Of a stretch of 36,208 bases of DNA, positions 1 through 10,160 are shown piece by piece. The stretch's first letter is position 1. Each line of letters opens with the position of its first letter. The notes under the pieces were generated by a model. That model saw only the letters and a list, made by a program, of their open reading frames with translations. It ran no database searches and was not told where the DNA came from. Source of the DNA: Octopus bimaculoides (Eukaryota); contig NC_068981.1 in the NCBI RefSeq assembly GCF_001194135.2, positions 127,998,333-128,034,540 on the forward strand, in the 5' to 3' direction. The position numbers and the translations under genes were made by a program.

Positions 1-100
1 ATAAAATATATATATAAATTATTTGTATATGTGTATACGTGTATGTATGTGTATAAACACACATACATAAATATACACACATGCGTGCGCACGCACACAC

Positions 101-147
<47 letters not shown>

Positions 148-167
148 TAATATATTTGTAGTATATG

Positions 168-640
168 CAGTATGTTCGGCTAATTTGACTGCATAATAGG
201 AAAGGAAAGCGCAATACCCCCATCCAAAAATAAAAGACTTTTAAAGACATCAAAAACTATCAGCTAGATTGTGGCTGGGAGATAACAGTTTACTCAAAGT
301 AGCGGCCCTCAGCTTTCACCACGGCCAGAAGACGACTACGGAACCTAGCGTGTGTCTCTGGGAAAATTTTCGAACACCTTCTTGATCTTGGCCGTCCTCT
401 TGGCCTTGTTACAGGCAGAGCGGTTGGTGTTTTTTTCAATGGCGCCTCCACATAATAACCCATTGGGTTACAATCGGTGGAATAAGGAGACCAGAAATTG
501 GAATCAGTGAAGTAGTAGAAATTCCGACAATCGCTTCTGACTCTCATAAAGCTGAATCTTGTTGCCACACATATGGCCTTCAAGCAGCGCCTGCCGCGTC
601 CCTCCTACTGGCCACGGTATCGTAGTCTCCGTTGCAGCTG
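168..640 (-). mobile_element. Decayed 3' part of a Tc1/mariner-superfamily DNA transposon (DDD type, probably maT-like)
   Basis: The minus strand gives RPYVWQQDSA (second catalytic D), then NFWSPYSTDCNPMGYYV (degenerate WPPxSPDxNPxDY), ending RFRSRLLAVVKAEGRYFE* at 290, the typical C-terminus. Frameshifts and stops are present. A TIR-like CAGTATGTTCGG lies at 168. D-D spacing cannot be counted because of indels, so the maT assignment is by recalled similarity. Confidence 0.78.
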
Positions 641-953
641 TCCATGTCACGTCTTAGAGTGTTTACAGTATTCATAAATCATTGAGCAGTAGTCATGATA
701 TCGGCATTTTCATACCCAGGTAACTCTTTGCTAATATTCAGCTGGCTTCCAGTCCTTCATGTCAGCTAACTTTTTCTCAACAAGAACTTTAATCTTTTTT
801 GCTCCAAAGCAGTTCATTGTTCCAATACATCAAAGCTGTTCTTGAGAAAAGGAGACGTAATATTGTCAAATTTAGCTCGAATACTCTGCATAATTGTGTG
901 TGCGTGCTTGTAAAGGTAATATATGTATGTATGTATGTATGCATGTAAGTATG

Positions 954-1417
954 TCATTATTCAGTTTATTTCAAGATTTCTTGCCAATAAAGAAAGAGCC
1001 GGTTTCTAACCAAGGCTCCTTCACTGGAATTTAAGCATCAACAACGGGGTATTTTTGTATGTATGTATGTATGTATGTATGTATATATGTGAGGATTTGT
1101 ATGTTTTATGTATGTATTCTCATGCATATAGTTGCATATCTAGACATGCTTATATATATTTTAAATGATAAACTTTTGGAATGTATTACAGATTTTTACA
1201 GTTCCAGTGATGGATTGGATCTGTAGTCTTCGAATTAGCTTTCTCCTTTCTGGTTTTGAGAAGCCTAATTTCTCAAGATTGGTATTTAGGCAATGTGTTA
1301 CATATCCCAAGGCCCCCAATAATTACAGGTATAAACCTGAACTTGTAATCTGGATAGGGTAGCTGCAGATTTCTCAATAGTTCAGCATAGGTGTTCTCTT
1401 TTTCAATGATCTTCAGC
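954..1417 (-). mobile_element. 5'-truncated R4/Dong-like REL LINE, 3' end (lineage B, CATA-associated)
   Basis: The minus strand reads MLKIIEKENTYAELLRNLQLPYPDYKFRFIPVIIGGLG...LQIQSITGTVKICNTFQKFII* (stop 1161-1163). This is homologous to the C-termini at 9560-9870 and 10264-10518. It is bounded by (TATG)n at 922-953 and 1418-1540. Confidence 0.85.
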
Positions 1418-1448
1418 ATGTATGTATGTGTGTATGTATGTATGTAAT

Positions 1449-1480
<32 letters not shown>

Positions 1481-1540
1481 TGTTTGTACGTATGTATGTA
1501 TGTATGTATGTATGTATGCATGTTTGTATGTATGCATGTA
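1418..1540. repeat. (TATG)n tetranucleotide microsatellite
   Basis: Direct reading. Similar tracts lie at 922-953, about 7570-7660 (as CATA), 9264-9357, 10088-10160, 17230-17320, 20320-20355 and 35655-35701. Confidence 0.95.
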
Positions 1541-2128
1541 AGTAACACACGTACCTACACACACATACATTCATCTTTTCTATTTGTTACACTAACGGGA
1601 AATAATGTCTCTTAAGATTAGCTCAGACACTTAAAATTAGCTCAAACATTGTACTCTTCTTAATGTAATGTCGCAGAGCAAAAGCAACTAAATTAATCAT
1701 TACATAGCACTATATGAATGTTATTCTGAAGCGTCACTCACAGTGCGTGGGATCAATAACTTACAATTTAATGTATATATTTATTAAACTTCTAAGACGA
1801 TAAAAATTGTATCTTTCTAAATTTAAAATTACTATTTACTGATTGTGCGCGCGTGTGTCTGTATGTGTGTGTGTGAGAGAATGAGAGAGAGAGAGAGGCG
1901 AATGTGTTCATGCTTACACCAGCCTAAGAACATGCTTATGCCTTATCGCTCTACGTTCCGTAACTAAATGGTTCGGAAAAGAGATAACGATAATATAGGT
2001 AGCAGACTACACTAAGTATTAGGTTTAATATCGACTAAGTCCTTGATGCTAGTACCCCACCATGAGCACGATTCAGTAACTGAAACCATTAACAGAACGA
2101 TAGAATCTTTATATATGAAGATTGTTAC

Positions 2129-2314
2129 CAGTTATGATCACACTTGCTGAGGAAATAGATGAAGCTAAACCAAAAATTTTAATAACTTGGAATAGTGATG
2201 GTGTCCCGTAAATTAATCTTCTAATAATTTCATCACGAAACAATACGTCCGTGGCAAATTCATCATGTTTTTTTTTATTCGCAAAACATATCCAGACCCG
2301 AACGTTATTCAAAC
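2129..2314 (-). CDS. Candidate internal coding exon of an unknown gene (186 nt, phase 1-1)
   Basis: Acceptor tatttactcttctaataacAG|G at 2315/2314 and donor ACTG|GTAACA at 2129/2128. The open, non-repetitive frame reads GLNNVRVWICFANKKKHDEFATDVLFRDEIIRRLIYGTPSLFQVIKIFGLASSISSASVIITG. I recognise no homology, and it could be chance. Confidence 0.2.
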
Positions 2315-3539
2315 CTGTTATTAGAAGAGTAAATACGTTGTATTTGATTAGCAATAAAACAAAAAAAGTTCACCAACTACTTAATATATGCATTATAAAA
2401 CGAATTACTTTTAATAATAGAATCACAAAATATAAAATGCAATAACAAATAACACAGTTTTAAATTGGAAGGAGAGAGCAATAATCTTAAAAGGCAAAAT
2501 TATAGGTAATATCTCCTAAAATAATCTACTGTTTTGTGGGTTTAATATTGATTGACCATGCATCGAATTCTTTAAACAGACACAGAGATTTCTCGAATTG
2601 TCATTATATCTTTTTGTGATATGGAATTTATACAGCAGTGATATAGTGTTCAATTATTTATATATANNNNNNNNNNNNNNNNNNNNNNNNNNNNNNNNNN
2701 NNNNNNNNNNNNNNNNNNNNNNNNNNNNNNNNNNNNNNNNNNNNNNNNNNNNNNNNNNNNNNNNNNNNNNNNNNNNNNNNNNNNNNNNNNNNNNNNNNNN
2801 NNNNNNNNNNNNNNNNNNNNNNNNNNNNNNNNNNNNNNNNNNNNNNNNNNNNNNNNNNNNNNNNNNNNNNNNNNNNNNNNNNNNNNNNNNNNNNNNNNNN
2901 NNNNNNNNNNNNNNNNNNNNNNNNNNNNNNNNNNNNNNNNNNNNNNNNTCTCTATAATGACTATTGCTTAAACATTTTCTCGCACCGTCTCTGATGAAGG
3001 GATATATAGCCTTGGATTTTTTTTTTTATTTCACTCTGTTAATTTTTAGATATACACATGCTAATACACGACCTACGTTGGACTCCTCATTCGTATATTT
3101 ATCGAACCTGGAGCTTAACTATAGTCTGTCCATAGCACTTACTCAGCATTACCTGACACCTTTGGGGCTTCTTGACACCAATAGCTCTCATACCATATAT
3201 ATATATATATATATATATAAGGCACGTGCCGTCAGTAATTACTTAGGGTATGCAGTTGGTGACCTTTATGTAGTAAAACACAAAAATAACCGAAACACAA
3301 GCGCACAAGTGACTTGCAGGCAGATCTATTTCTGCCTCTGTAGCACGTAAAGGAAACGTTGTTGTAGAAATGTTCTCAGCACGTGTACTACAGTAGTACT
3401 ATGAATAGCTAAATACAGTGATTGAAAAGCAGGAGTGAATTATGCCTACCTAATCTACAAAAAGAAAAAAACAATGCATTTTGCATTTTATGCATAGTAA
3501 TCAGACAAACCTTCGTTGTTTATCTTGATATGAGATTAC

Positions 3540-3688
3540 CATGTCACGCACATATGGCTGTGATGCATGTGTATGATGCATGTGCCATCATGACTACCCT
3601 TATCATAGGGATAGTCATGATGGGTATACTGGGCTTCGGATATTTTTACCGCAGTGTCACTTTGACGGCATGCACTGCTCTCTCACTC
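3540..3688 (+). mobile_element. 3' end of a (TAA)n-tailed retroposon (family C)
   Basis: It ends GCACTGCTCTCTCACTC followed by AAT repeats (3689-3706). The identical terminus plus (AAT)n recurs at 5539-5591. The 5' boundary is approximate. Confidence 0.55.
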
Positions 3689-3706
3689 AATAACAATAAT
3701 AATAAT

Positions 3707-4809
3707 TTCCACCCTAAGGCGAACGTCCACAGGCTCTACATGAAGAGGTGTAAAGGTGGATGTGGGCTGATTAGCGTACGGGAGTGAAGCAACAGTGAAA
3801 GAAGAAGCATGGCAGAATATTTGGTAAATAGCAAACAAGACCTAATATTACATGCTGCTAATGCAAAACGATTTATCAAAAATGGACCTGAGAGTGCTAA
3901 TGAATTCCGATTACGGATAGGCAACGAGAGAGAAGAAACTCTGCTCTGCATGGAATTACATGGTCAGTTCCACCGTGAAGCTAAGAATTTAAAAAACCAG
4001 GAAGCATCATGGCGGTGGCTCTGCAAGAAAAACCTAAAAAAGAATACTGACATTGCTGTAAGAATACTGACATTGCTGCCCAGGATCAGGCATTGAATAC
4101 CAACTCAGTGAAAAGAGATATATGCCACATAAGTGCGACGAACCTCTGCAGAATGTGTCGGAAGAGGGTCGACAGCGTGACTCACATTGTTAGTGCTTGT
4201 GAAAGTCGTGTGCAAAAAGAGTACAAGCTCAGGTACGATAAGGTAGCCCCAAATCTTCACTGGCTACTATGCCGAAAGTATGGATATGAGGTAACGGGTG
4301 TTTGCTACCAACATACACCAGAAAAGGTAATAGACGAAAAGGGGAAGGCAAAACCCTCTGGGATGTTGACTTCCAGACAGACAAGGTGTTAGAGCACCGA
4401 AGGTCGAAATGGTAACCTTTAGGCAGGACAAACAAAAGTGCCTAATAATCGACGTGGCAGGGCCAGGAGATCAACATATTATCATGAAAGAAAGAGAAAA
4501 GATTGATAAATATGGAGACCTAAGAATTGAGATCGTCAAGATGTGGCAGCTTCGGGAGTCGAATATAAAGTCGAACATAAAGGTATTGAGTTCAATACCA
4601 CCAAAGCTGAAGAAACATCTGGAAACTTTAGAAATATCCCACAATCTAGGTGTATTGAAACAATTGGCATTACTTGGAACTGCACGTATATTGCGTAAAG
4701 TACTGTCAATCTGAGGTCCTTGTTGTGACTTGACAGACAGTACAATCCCCCGGTAGACACAATATCTTCAATCAACAGCATCACTATACTGGATACTGTG
4801 CGACGTCTT
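3707..4809 (+). mobile_element. 5'-truncated R4/Dong-like REL LINE (lineage A, TAA-associated): RT thumb end, CCHC knuckle, REL endonuclease, 3' UTR
   Basis: FHPKANVHRLYMKRCKGGCGL (post-RT motif), LHGQF, SWRWL, CRMCRKRVDSVTHIVSAC (C-X2-C-X8-H-X4-C), EYKLRYD (RHD motif), MVTFRQDKQKCLIIDVAGP...EKIDKY (PD-D/ExK region), ending LGTARILRKVLSI* at 4714. Frameshifted. It starts immediately after (AAT)n and ends in (TAA)n. Confidence 0.9.
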
Positions 4810-4810
4810 A

Positions 4811-4869
<59 letters not shown>
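4810..4869. repeat. (TAA)n microsatellite / LINE tail
   Basis: Direct reading, about 20 units. Related tracts lie at 5556-5591, 6131-6170 and 7178-7240. Confidence 0.95.
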
Positions 4870-4871
<2 letters not shown>

Positions 4872-5555
4872 GCCCGGATGCAGTACCAAGCAGTGACTCT
4901 CATGGCTTCTGATCTTAATTGATTGGAAGTGTTATCATGTATATTGTTTTGTCTTGGTATAAAAGATGGGCTACAACAAATATTCTGCTTAATACCACAG
5001 ATTTGCTTGTCAGTTGTTTAACCTTAACCAGTTGAGCATGTCCCTTAGTGGTTGACGATATGTGCATCTCTGAGCATGAGCAGAAGTAGTGGGGGACCAT
5101 CATAGCCATGTGTTGAGAGGNNNNNNNNNNNNNNNNNNNNNNNNNNNNNNNNNNNNNNNNNNNNNNNNNNNNNNNNNNNNNNNNNNNNNNNNNNNNNNNN
5201 NNNNNNNNNNNNNNNNNNNNNNNNNNNNNNNNNNNNNNNNNNNNNNNNNNNNNNNNNNNNNNNNNNNNNNNNNNNNNNNNNNNNNNNNNNNNNNNNNNNN
5301 NNNNNNNNNNNNNNNNNNNNNNNNNNNNNNNNNNNNNNNNNNNNNNNNNNNNNNNNNNNNNNNNNNNNNNNNNNNNNNNNNNNNNNNNNNNNNNNNNNNN
5401 NNNNNNNNNNNNNNNNNNNNNNNNNNNNNNNNNNNNNNNNNNNNNNNNNNNNNNNNNNNNNNNNNNNNNNNNNNNNNNNNNNNNNNNNNNNNNNNNNNNN
5501 NNNNNNNNNNNNNNNNNNNNNNNNNNNNNNNNNNNNNNGCACTGCTCTCTCACTC
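4870..5555 (+). mobile_element. Second family-C (TAA)n-tailed retroposon segment spanning an assembly gap
   Basis: It starts directly after the (TAA)n tail of the previous LINE. After the gap (5121-5538) it ends in the same GCACTGCTCTCTCACTC-(AAT)n terminus as at 3672-3706. Continuity across the gap is inferred. Confidence 0.5.
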
Positions 5556-5591
<36 letters not shown>

Positions 5592-5752
5592 TGCTTCCTT
5601 GGGACGGCCAGAATAATCAGGAAAGTATTAGATAGCTGAAAAGCACAAATAGCATGGTACCGTAGGCTGTAGGTAACAAGCCTGCTATGTATGCAAGACC
5701 CCAGGAGTTCCAACAAAACCTGTGATAAAAAGAAATATTAAAAATTATAATA
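5592..5752 (+). mobile_element. Extremely 5'-truncated R4/Dong-like LINE 3' tip
   Basis: Directly after (AAT)n it reads CFLGTARIIRKVLDS* (5592-5639), matching LGTARILRKVLSI* of the 3707-4809 element. A different 3' UTR follows and ends in ATAATAA. Confidence 0.72.
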
Positions 5753-5754
5753 AC

Positions 5755-5960
5755 GGTCTCAAATTTTGTTACAAGGGCAGTAATCCTGGGGGAGCAGATG
5801 AGTCGATTACAACGACCTCAATGTTCAACTGGTACTCATCTTATCACACCCGAAGGGATGAAAGACTACAGCGGAATTTGAACTCAGAACGTAGCGACGG
5901 GGCAAAATACCGCTAAGCATTTCACCTGGCGTGCTACCGATTCTGTCAGCTCGCAGCCGT
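5755..5960 (-). mobile_element. tRNA-derived SINE (family S1)
   Basis: The minus-strand head has an A-box-like TGACAGAATCGGT and B-box GAGTTCAAATTCC, followed by a central CTTTCATCCCTTCGGG..GATAA..GTACCAGT. Homologous copies lie at 5968-6130, 15755-15955, 16280-16420, 19657-19860 and 34455-34630. From memory the central block resembles the Meta/MESC SINE domain (unverified). Confidence 0.75.
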
Positions 5961-5967
5961 AAGTAGT

Positions 5968-6129
5968 TTCAAATTTTGCCAGTGTTCATCTGGTATTTAT
6001 TTCATTGACCCCGAAGGGATGAAAGGTCAAGTTAACCTGGGCGGAATTTGAACTCAGAACGTAAAGACAGGCGAAACGCCACTAAGCGTTTCGCCTGCTG
6101 TGTGCTAACGATTCTGCTAGCGCGCAGCC

Positions 6130-6130
<1 letters not shown>
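5968..6130 (-). mobile_element. tRNA-derived SINE (family S1), tandem second copy
   Basis: It has the same B-box (GGAATTTGAACTC on +) and central block as 5755-5960. Its 5' head abuts (TAA)n at 6131. Confidence 0.75.
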
Positions 6131-6200
<70 letters not shown>

Positions 6201-6206
6201 AAGAAG

Positions 6207-7177
6207 GAATATATTCACAGACACGACAGAGCTGGGACCTATATACACTGGAAGCTATGCCAACACTATGGAATAANNNNNNNNNNNNNNNNNNNNNNNN
6301 NNNNNNNNNNNNNNNNNNNNNNNNNNNNNNNNNNNNNNNNNNNNNNNNNNNNNNNNNNNNNNNNNNNNNNNNNNNNNNNNNNNNNNNNNNNNNNNNNNNN
6401 NNNNNNNNNNNNNNNNNNNNNNNNNNNNNNNNNNNNNNNNNNNNNNNNNNNNNNNNNNNNNNNNNNNNNNNNNNNNNNNNNNNNNNNNNNNNNNNNNNNN
6501 NNNNNNNNNNNNNNNNNNNNNNNNNNNNNNNNNNNNNNNNNNNNNNNNNNNNNNNNNNNNNNNNNNNNNNNNNNNNNNNNNNNNNNNNNNNNNNNNNNNN
6601 NNNNNNNNNNNNNNNNNNNNNNNNNNNNNNNNNNNNNNNNNNNNNNNNNNNNNNNNNNNNNNNNNNNNNNNNNNNNNNNNNNNNNNNNNNNNNNNNNNNN
6701 NNNNNNNNNNNNNNNNNNNNNNNNNNNNNNNNNNNNNNNNNNNNNNNNNNNNNNNNNNNNNNNNNNNNNNNNNNNNNNNNNNNNNNNNNNNNNNNNNNNN
6801 NNNNNNNNNNNNNNNNNNNNNNNNNNNNNNNNNNNNNNNNNNNNNNNNNNNNNNNNNNNNNNNNNNNNNNNNNNNNNNNNNNNNNNNNNNNNNNNNNNNN
6901 NNNNNNNNNNNNNNNNNNNNNNNNNNNNNNNNNNNNNNNNNNNNNNNNNNNNNNNNNNNNNNNNNNNNNNNNNNNNNNNNNNNNNNNNNNNNNNNNNNNN
7001 NNNNNNNNNNNNNNNNNNNNNNNNNNNNNNNNNNNNNNNNNNNNNNNNNNNNNNNNNNNNNNNNNNNNNNNNNNNNNNNNNNNNNNNNNNNNNNNNNNNN
7101 NNNNNNNNNNNNNNNNNNNNNNNNNNNNNNNNNNNNNNNNNNNNNNNNNNNNNNNNNNNNNNNNNNNNNNNNNNNNN
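6207..7177 (+). mobile_element. 5'-truncated R4/Dong-like LINE, mostly hidden in an assembly gap
   Basis: After (TAA)n-(AAG)n it reads EYIHRHDRAGTYIHWKLCQHYGI (RHD motif, homologous to EYKLRYDKVAPNLHWLLCRKYGY). A gap of about 900 N (6277-7177) is followed by (TAA)n. The gap size is compatible with the remaining REL domain plus 3' UTR (inference). Confidence 0.68.
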
Positions 7178-7272
<95 letters not shown>

Positions 7273-7296
7273 GATGATGATGATGATGATGATGAT
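7178..7296. repeat. Compound (TAA)n-(GAT)n microsatellite
   Basis: Direct reading. Confidence 0.95.
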
Positions 7297-7393
7297 AGTG
7301 GTGGAGGTGATGAGGATTTCTGAGATTAAAAATGATTTATTTTATTAGATTTCATCATGGTTAATTTATATCATCAGCATTAGCAATAACAAC

Positions 7394-7425
<32 letters not shown>

Positions 7426-7758
7426 ATGGATAAGAAGAAACCATATCGAATTAAAGAATAAAAAGACCCAAACAAAGAAAAAAAAACGTTGCAGCATATA
7501 TTTTCTGTTGTTACAGATGCATAACAGCTGCAGTCTACCTGTGCTTGCAATTGGCAGTGAAGTATATTTGCATACACATACATACATGCATAGATACATA
7601 CATACATACATACATACATACATACATACACACATACATACACACACACATACATACCTATATACACTCATACATATATATATATGTATGAGTGTGTGTG
7701 TGTATCGTGTGTGCGTGTATATATATGTGTGTATTAATAATTAAGTATATATATAATA

Positions 7759-7789
<31 letters not shown>

Positions 7790-8052
7790 TATGCATGTAC
7801 ACTATACATACATACATATATACACACGGGCATATACACAGACATATGTACACTGTGTGGCAGTACTTATTCTATATTCTCTCTCACTATAAAGCATAGT
7901 TGCATCATATGTGCAATATGTAGCTTTAGCTACCTTCTTCATTGTGAAGTATAGCTGCTGCATATACGGCTTCACTGTAAATATTCCTATACATTAACTG
8001 CTTGGTACATGAGTGCATTCTGACTATTTTTTCTGATCGTCATATTGCACAA

Positions 8053-8310
8053 ATTGTTGTTGTTTTTTAGTTGTTTAGCTTCAGGTTAACTCTGACCGAG
8101 GAGTCTTGTGAACAAAATTGTCCCAGCTGAGAGCTTTCAATTGTTTGTTTTCTTACATAACAAAAACTATATTGTCAAATGAATCCTTCCTTAAGACGAC
8201 AGGTGTCATTTGAGAGTTTTCGCTGTTGTTTCTTGGAGTTTGAGAAACCACACAGGAGCTACCTCTTTGGTTCGAGATATACAAGTGGCTCGTATAAATA
8301 AACACTAAAT
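8053..8310 (-). mobile_element. Decayed (CAA)n-tailed non-autonomous retroposon (family T)
   Basis: Its reverse complement resembles the 31135-31395 copy, with a ...CTAAACAAC tail (TTGTTGTTG on +). Heavily diverged. Confidence 0.42.
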
Positions 8311-8896
8311 CTGATTTTCTACCAACCGATCGCTAGCTTCTTCTCGGTTCCCCTCCCTCGTTGCCACCGTTATGTAATCTAGCCCAAGTGCAGTTTATTT
8401 ATTCTGTAATATTCATGCAACGAATCGTATCGCTCTGCTCGAACAACATACTACCACAGAGATGCATTTGTATAGCTTCTTACATGCAGTAACACTGATA
8501 TCTAATGCATTACAGTATATAACTGTCCACTACTCCACTCATTGTAAGTAGATGAAGTAGATGAAGCAAACAGAATTAGCACTTCAAACCACACATATGC
8601 ACATGCGTTCACACAAGCACATTAAACCTAAATCTAACCGCTCCCTCCATCAATCCATTCATTTAACAATATATTCGTCTAGTGATCCTTCTCTCTGTAT
8701 CTGTCACATAAACTTGTGCATGTATTATGCACATATGTATATATGTATGTATTACACATACATACATATAAATATAAACACACACGTATGCGCATACATT
8801 CTTTTCTTTTACAGGCTTCAATAATCGGACTGGGGCCAAGCTGAGCATTGCCTTCAAGGGTGTATATTCTTATATGAACAAATATGTAAAGTCTAG

Positions 8897-8954
<58 letters not shown>

Positions 8955-8973
8955 CATACATACATACATACAT

Positions 8974-9026
<53 letters not shown>

Positions 9027-9380
9027 CATGTGATAATACCTGTCTACAAACTCACACACCCTACACATACGTATTCTGTTTGGTCTTAACATATCCTTTC
9101 GGAGAAGATTTCTTATAGAACTAACATATATTACATGGCGAAATAATCAGTAGCTGCAATGTAACAGCAATATATTCTGAAATACATGACTAAACGTTGC
9201 CTTCAGCATTTTGGCGCAGAATTCAATTCGATTAAACTTGATTTTATTCGCATATGTATTCATGTATGTACGTATGTATGTATGTATGTATGTATGTATG
9301 TATGTATGTATGTATGTATGTATGTATGTACGTACGTATGTAGTACTAAGTATGTATGTGTGTGTGTGTGTGTGCATGCA

Positions 9381-10087
9381 TGCATAATTTTTCTTTGTGT
9401 CTTATTTAAGCTCTTGAGAGTCCAAGCCGATTGCTAACAAAGCGACGAAGCTTTTTGAGTTAAGAGAATTCTTGCTGTTTGTAAATATGTGATTGAGTTT
9501 GTGTCGGTTGAACTGTCGATGCGTACACTCAAGTCTGTGCATCTATTCACATAAGAATCTCAGATGGAGAATTTTTGGAGTGTCTTGCAAATCTTCACTG
9601 TACCACTAATAGATTGGATTTAGAGAATCGGCGTCACTTTCTTTTGCTCTTTTTCCATTAAACTGAGTGTTTCTAGGTTTTTGAGCGAATTTGACCATTT
9701 TTTTGTACATAATCTGATGCGCCTATGATGATAGGTACAAATAAGAATTCATAATCAGAATAAAAGAGCTGTAAGTTCCACATTAATTCATCATAAATGT
9801 TTTCTTTTTCTTGCACTTTTGATTGTACATTCACATCCGCTGGGCAGCTGACACTACAGCAGTGCATGACTTTTGCTCCCTATCCAACAAAATATCAAAC
9901 CTCTTCTGTTTGCACCGAATTCATGTTTTTATTGGGGTGTTCCACCATTATTCCTTGTTTTTAAAGATGTGAATACCTGCTGGTTCTGATATGCCTTTGA
10001 TGTGTACGTCAGTGCAATCATTCCTGCGGGTAGCATTGTACATAATTTTTGTAACTGTATCATCCCTCATAGGCAGGTAATATCTCG
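9381..10087 (-). mobile_element. 5'-truncated R4/Dong-like REL LINE (lineage B)
   Basis: The minus strand starts [18 protein letters not shown], then CCSVSCPADVNVQSKVQEKENIYDELMWNLQLFYSDYEFLFVPIIIGA, and ends IQSISGTVKICKTLQKFSI* (9560-9562). It is bounded by (TATG)n/(TG)n at 9264-9375 and (TATG)n at 10088-10160. Confidence 0.85.
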
Positions 10088-10160
10088 TATGTATGTATGT
10101 ATGTATGTATGTATGTATGTATGTATGTATGTATGCATGTATGTATGTATGTATGTATGT

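Noticed and set aside
1950-2105. Possible decayed SINE 3' end
   Set aside because: Resemblance is from memory only, and no good second copy exists in the window to support it.
4041-4078. 18-bp direct repeat with period 20 (AGAATACTGACATTGCTG)
   Set aside because: This is a local duplication that frameshifts a dead LINE, not a CRISPR or regulatory array.
4915-7274. Long ORFs of 175-408 aa, and similar ones at 25112-26119, 32719-33321 and 34663-35571
   Set aside because: They consist mostly of X residues from N-gaps.
7366-9437. ORFs rich in YIHT, CMYV, HTHT, LSLS or RERE repeats, here and throughout the window
   Set aside because: These are translations of (CATA)n, (CA)n and (CT)n microsatellites, which lack stops in several frames.
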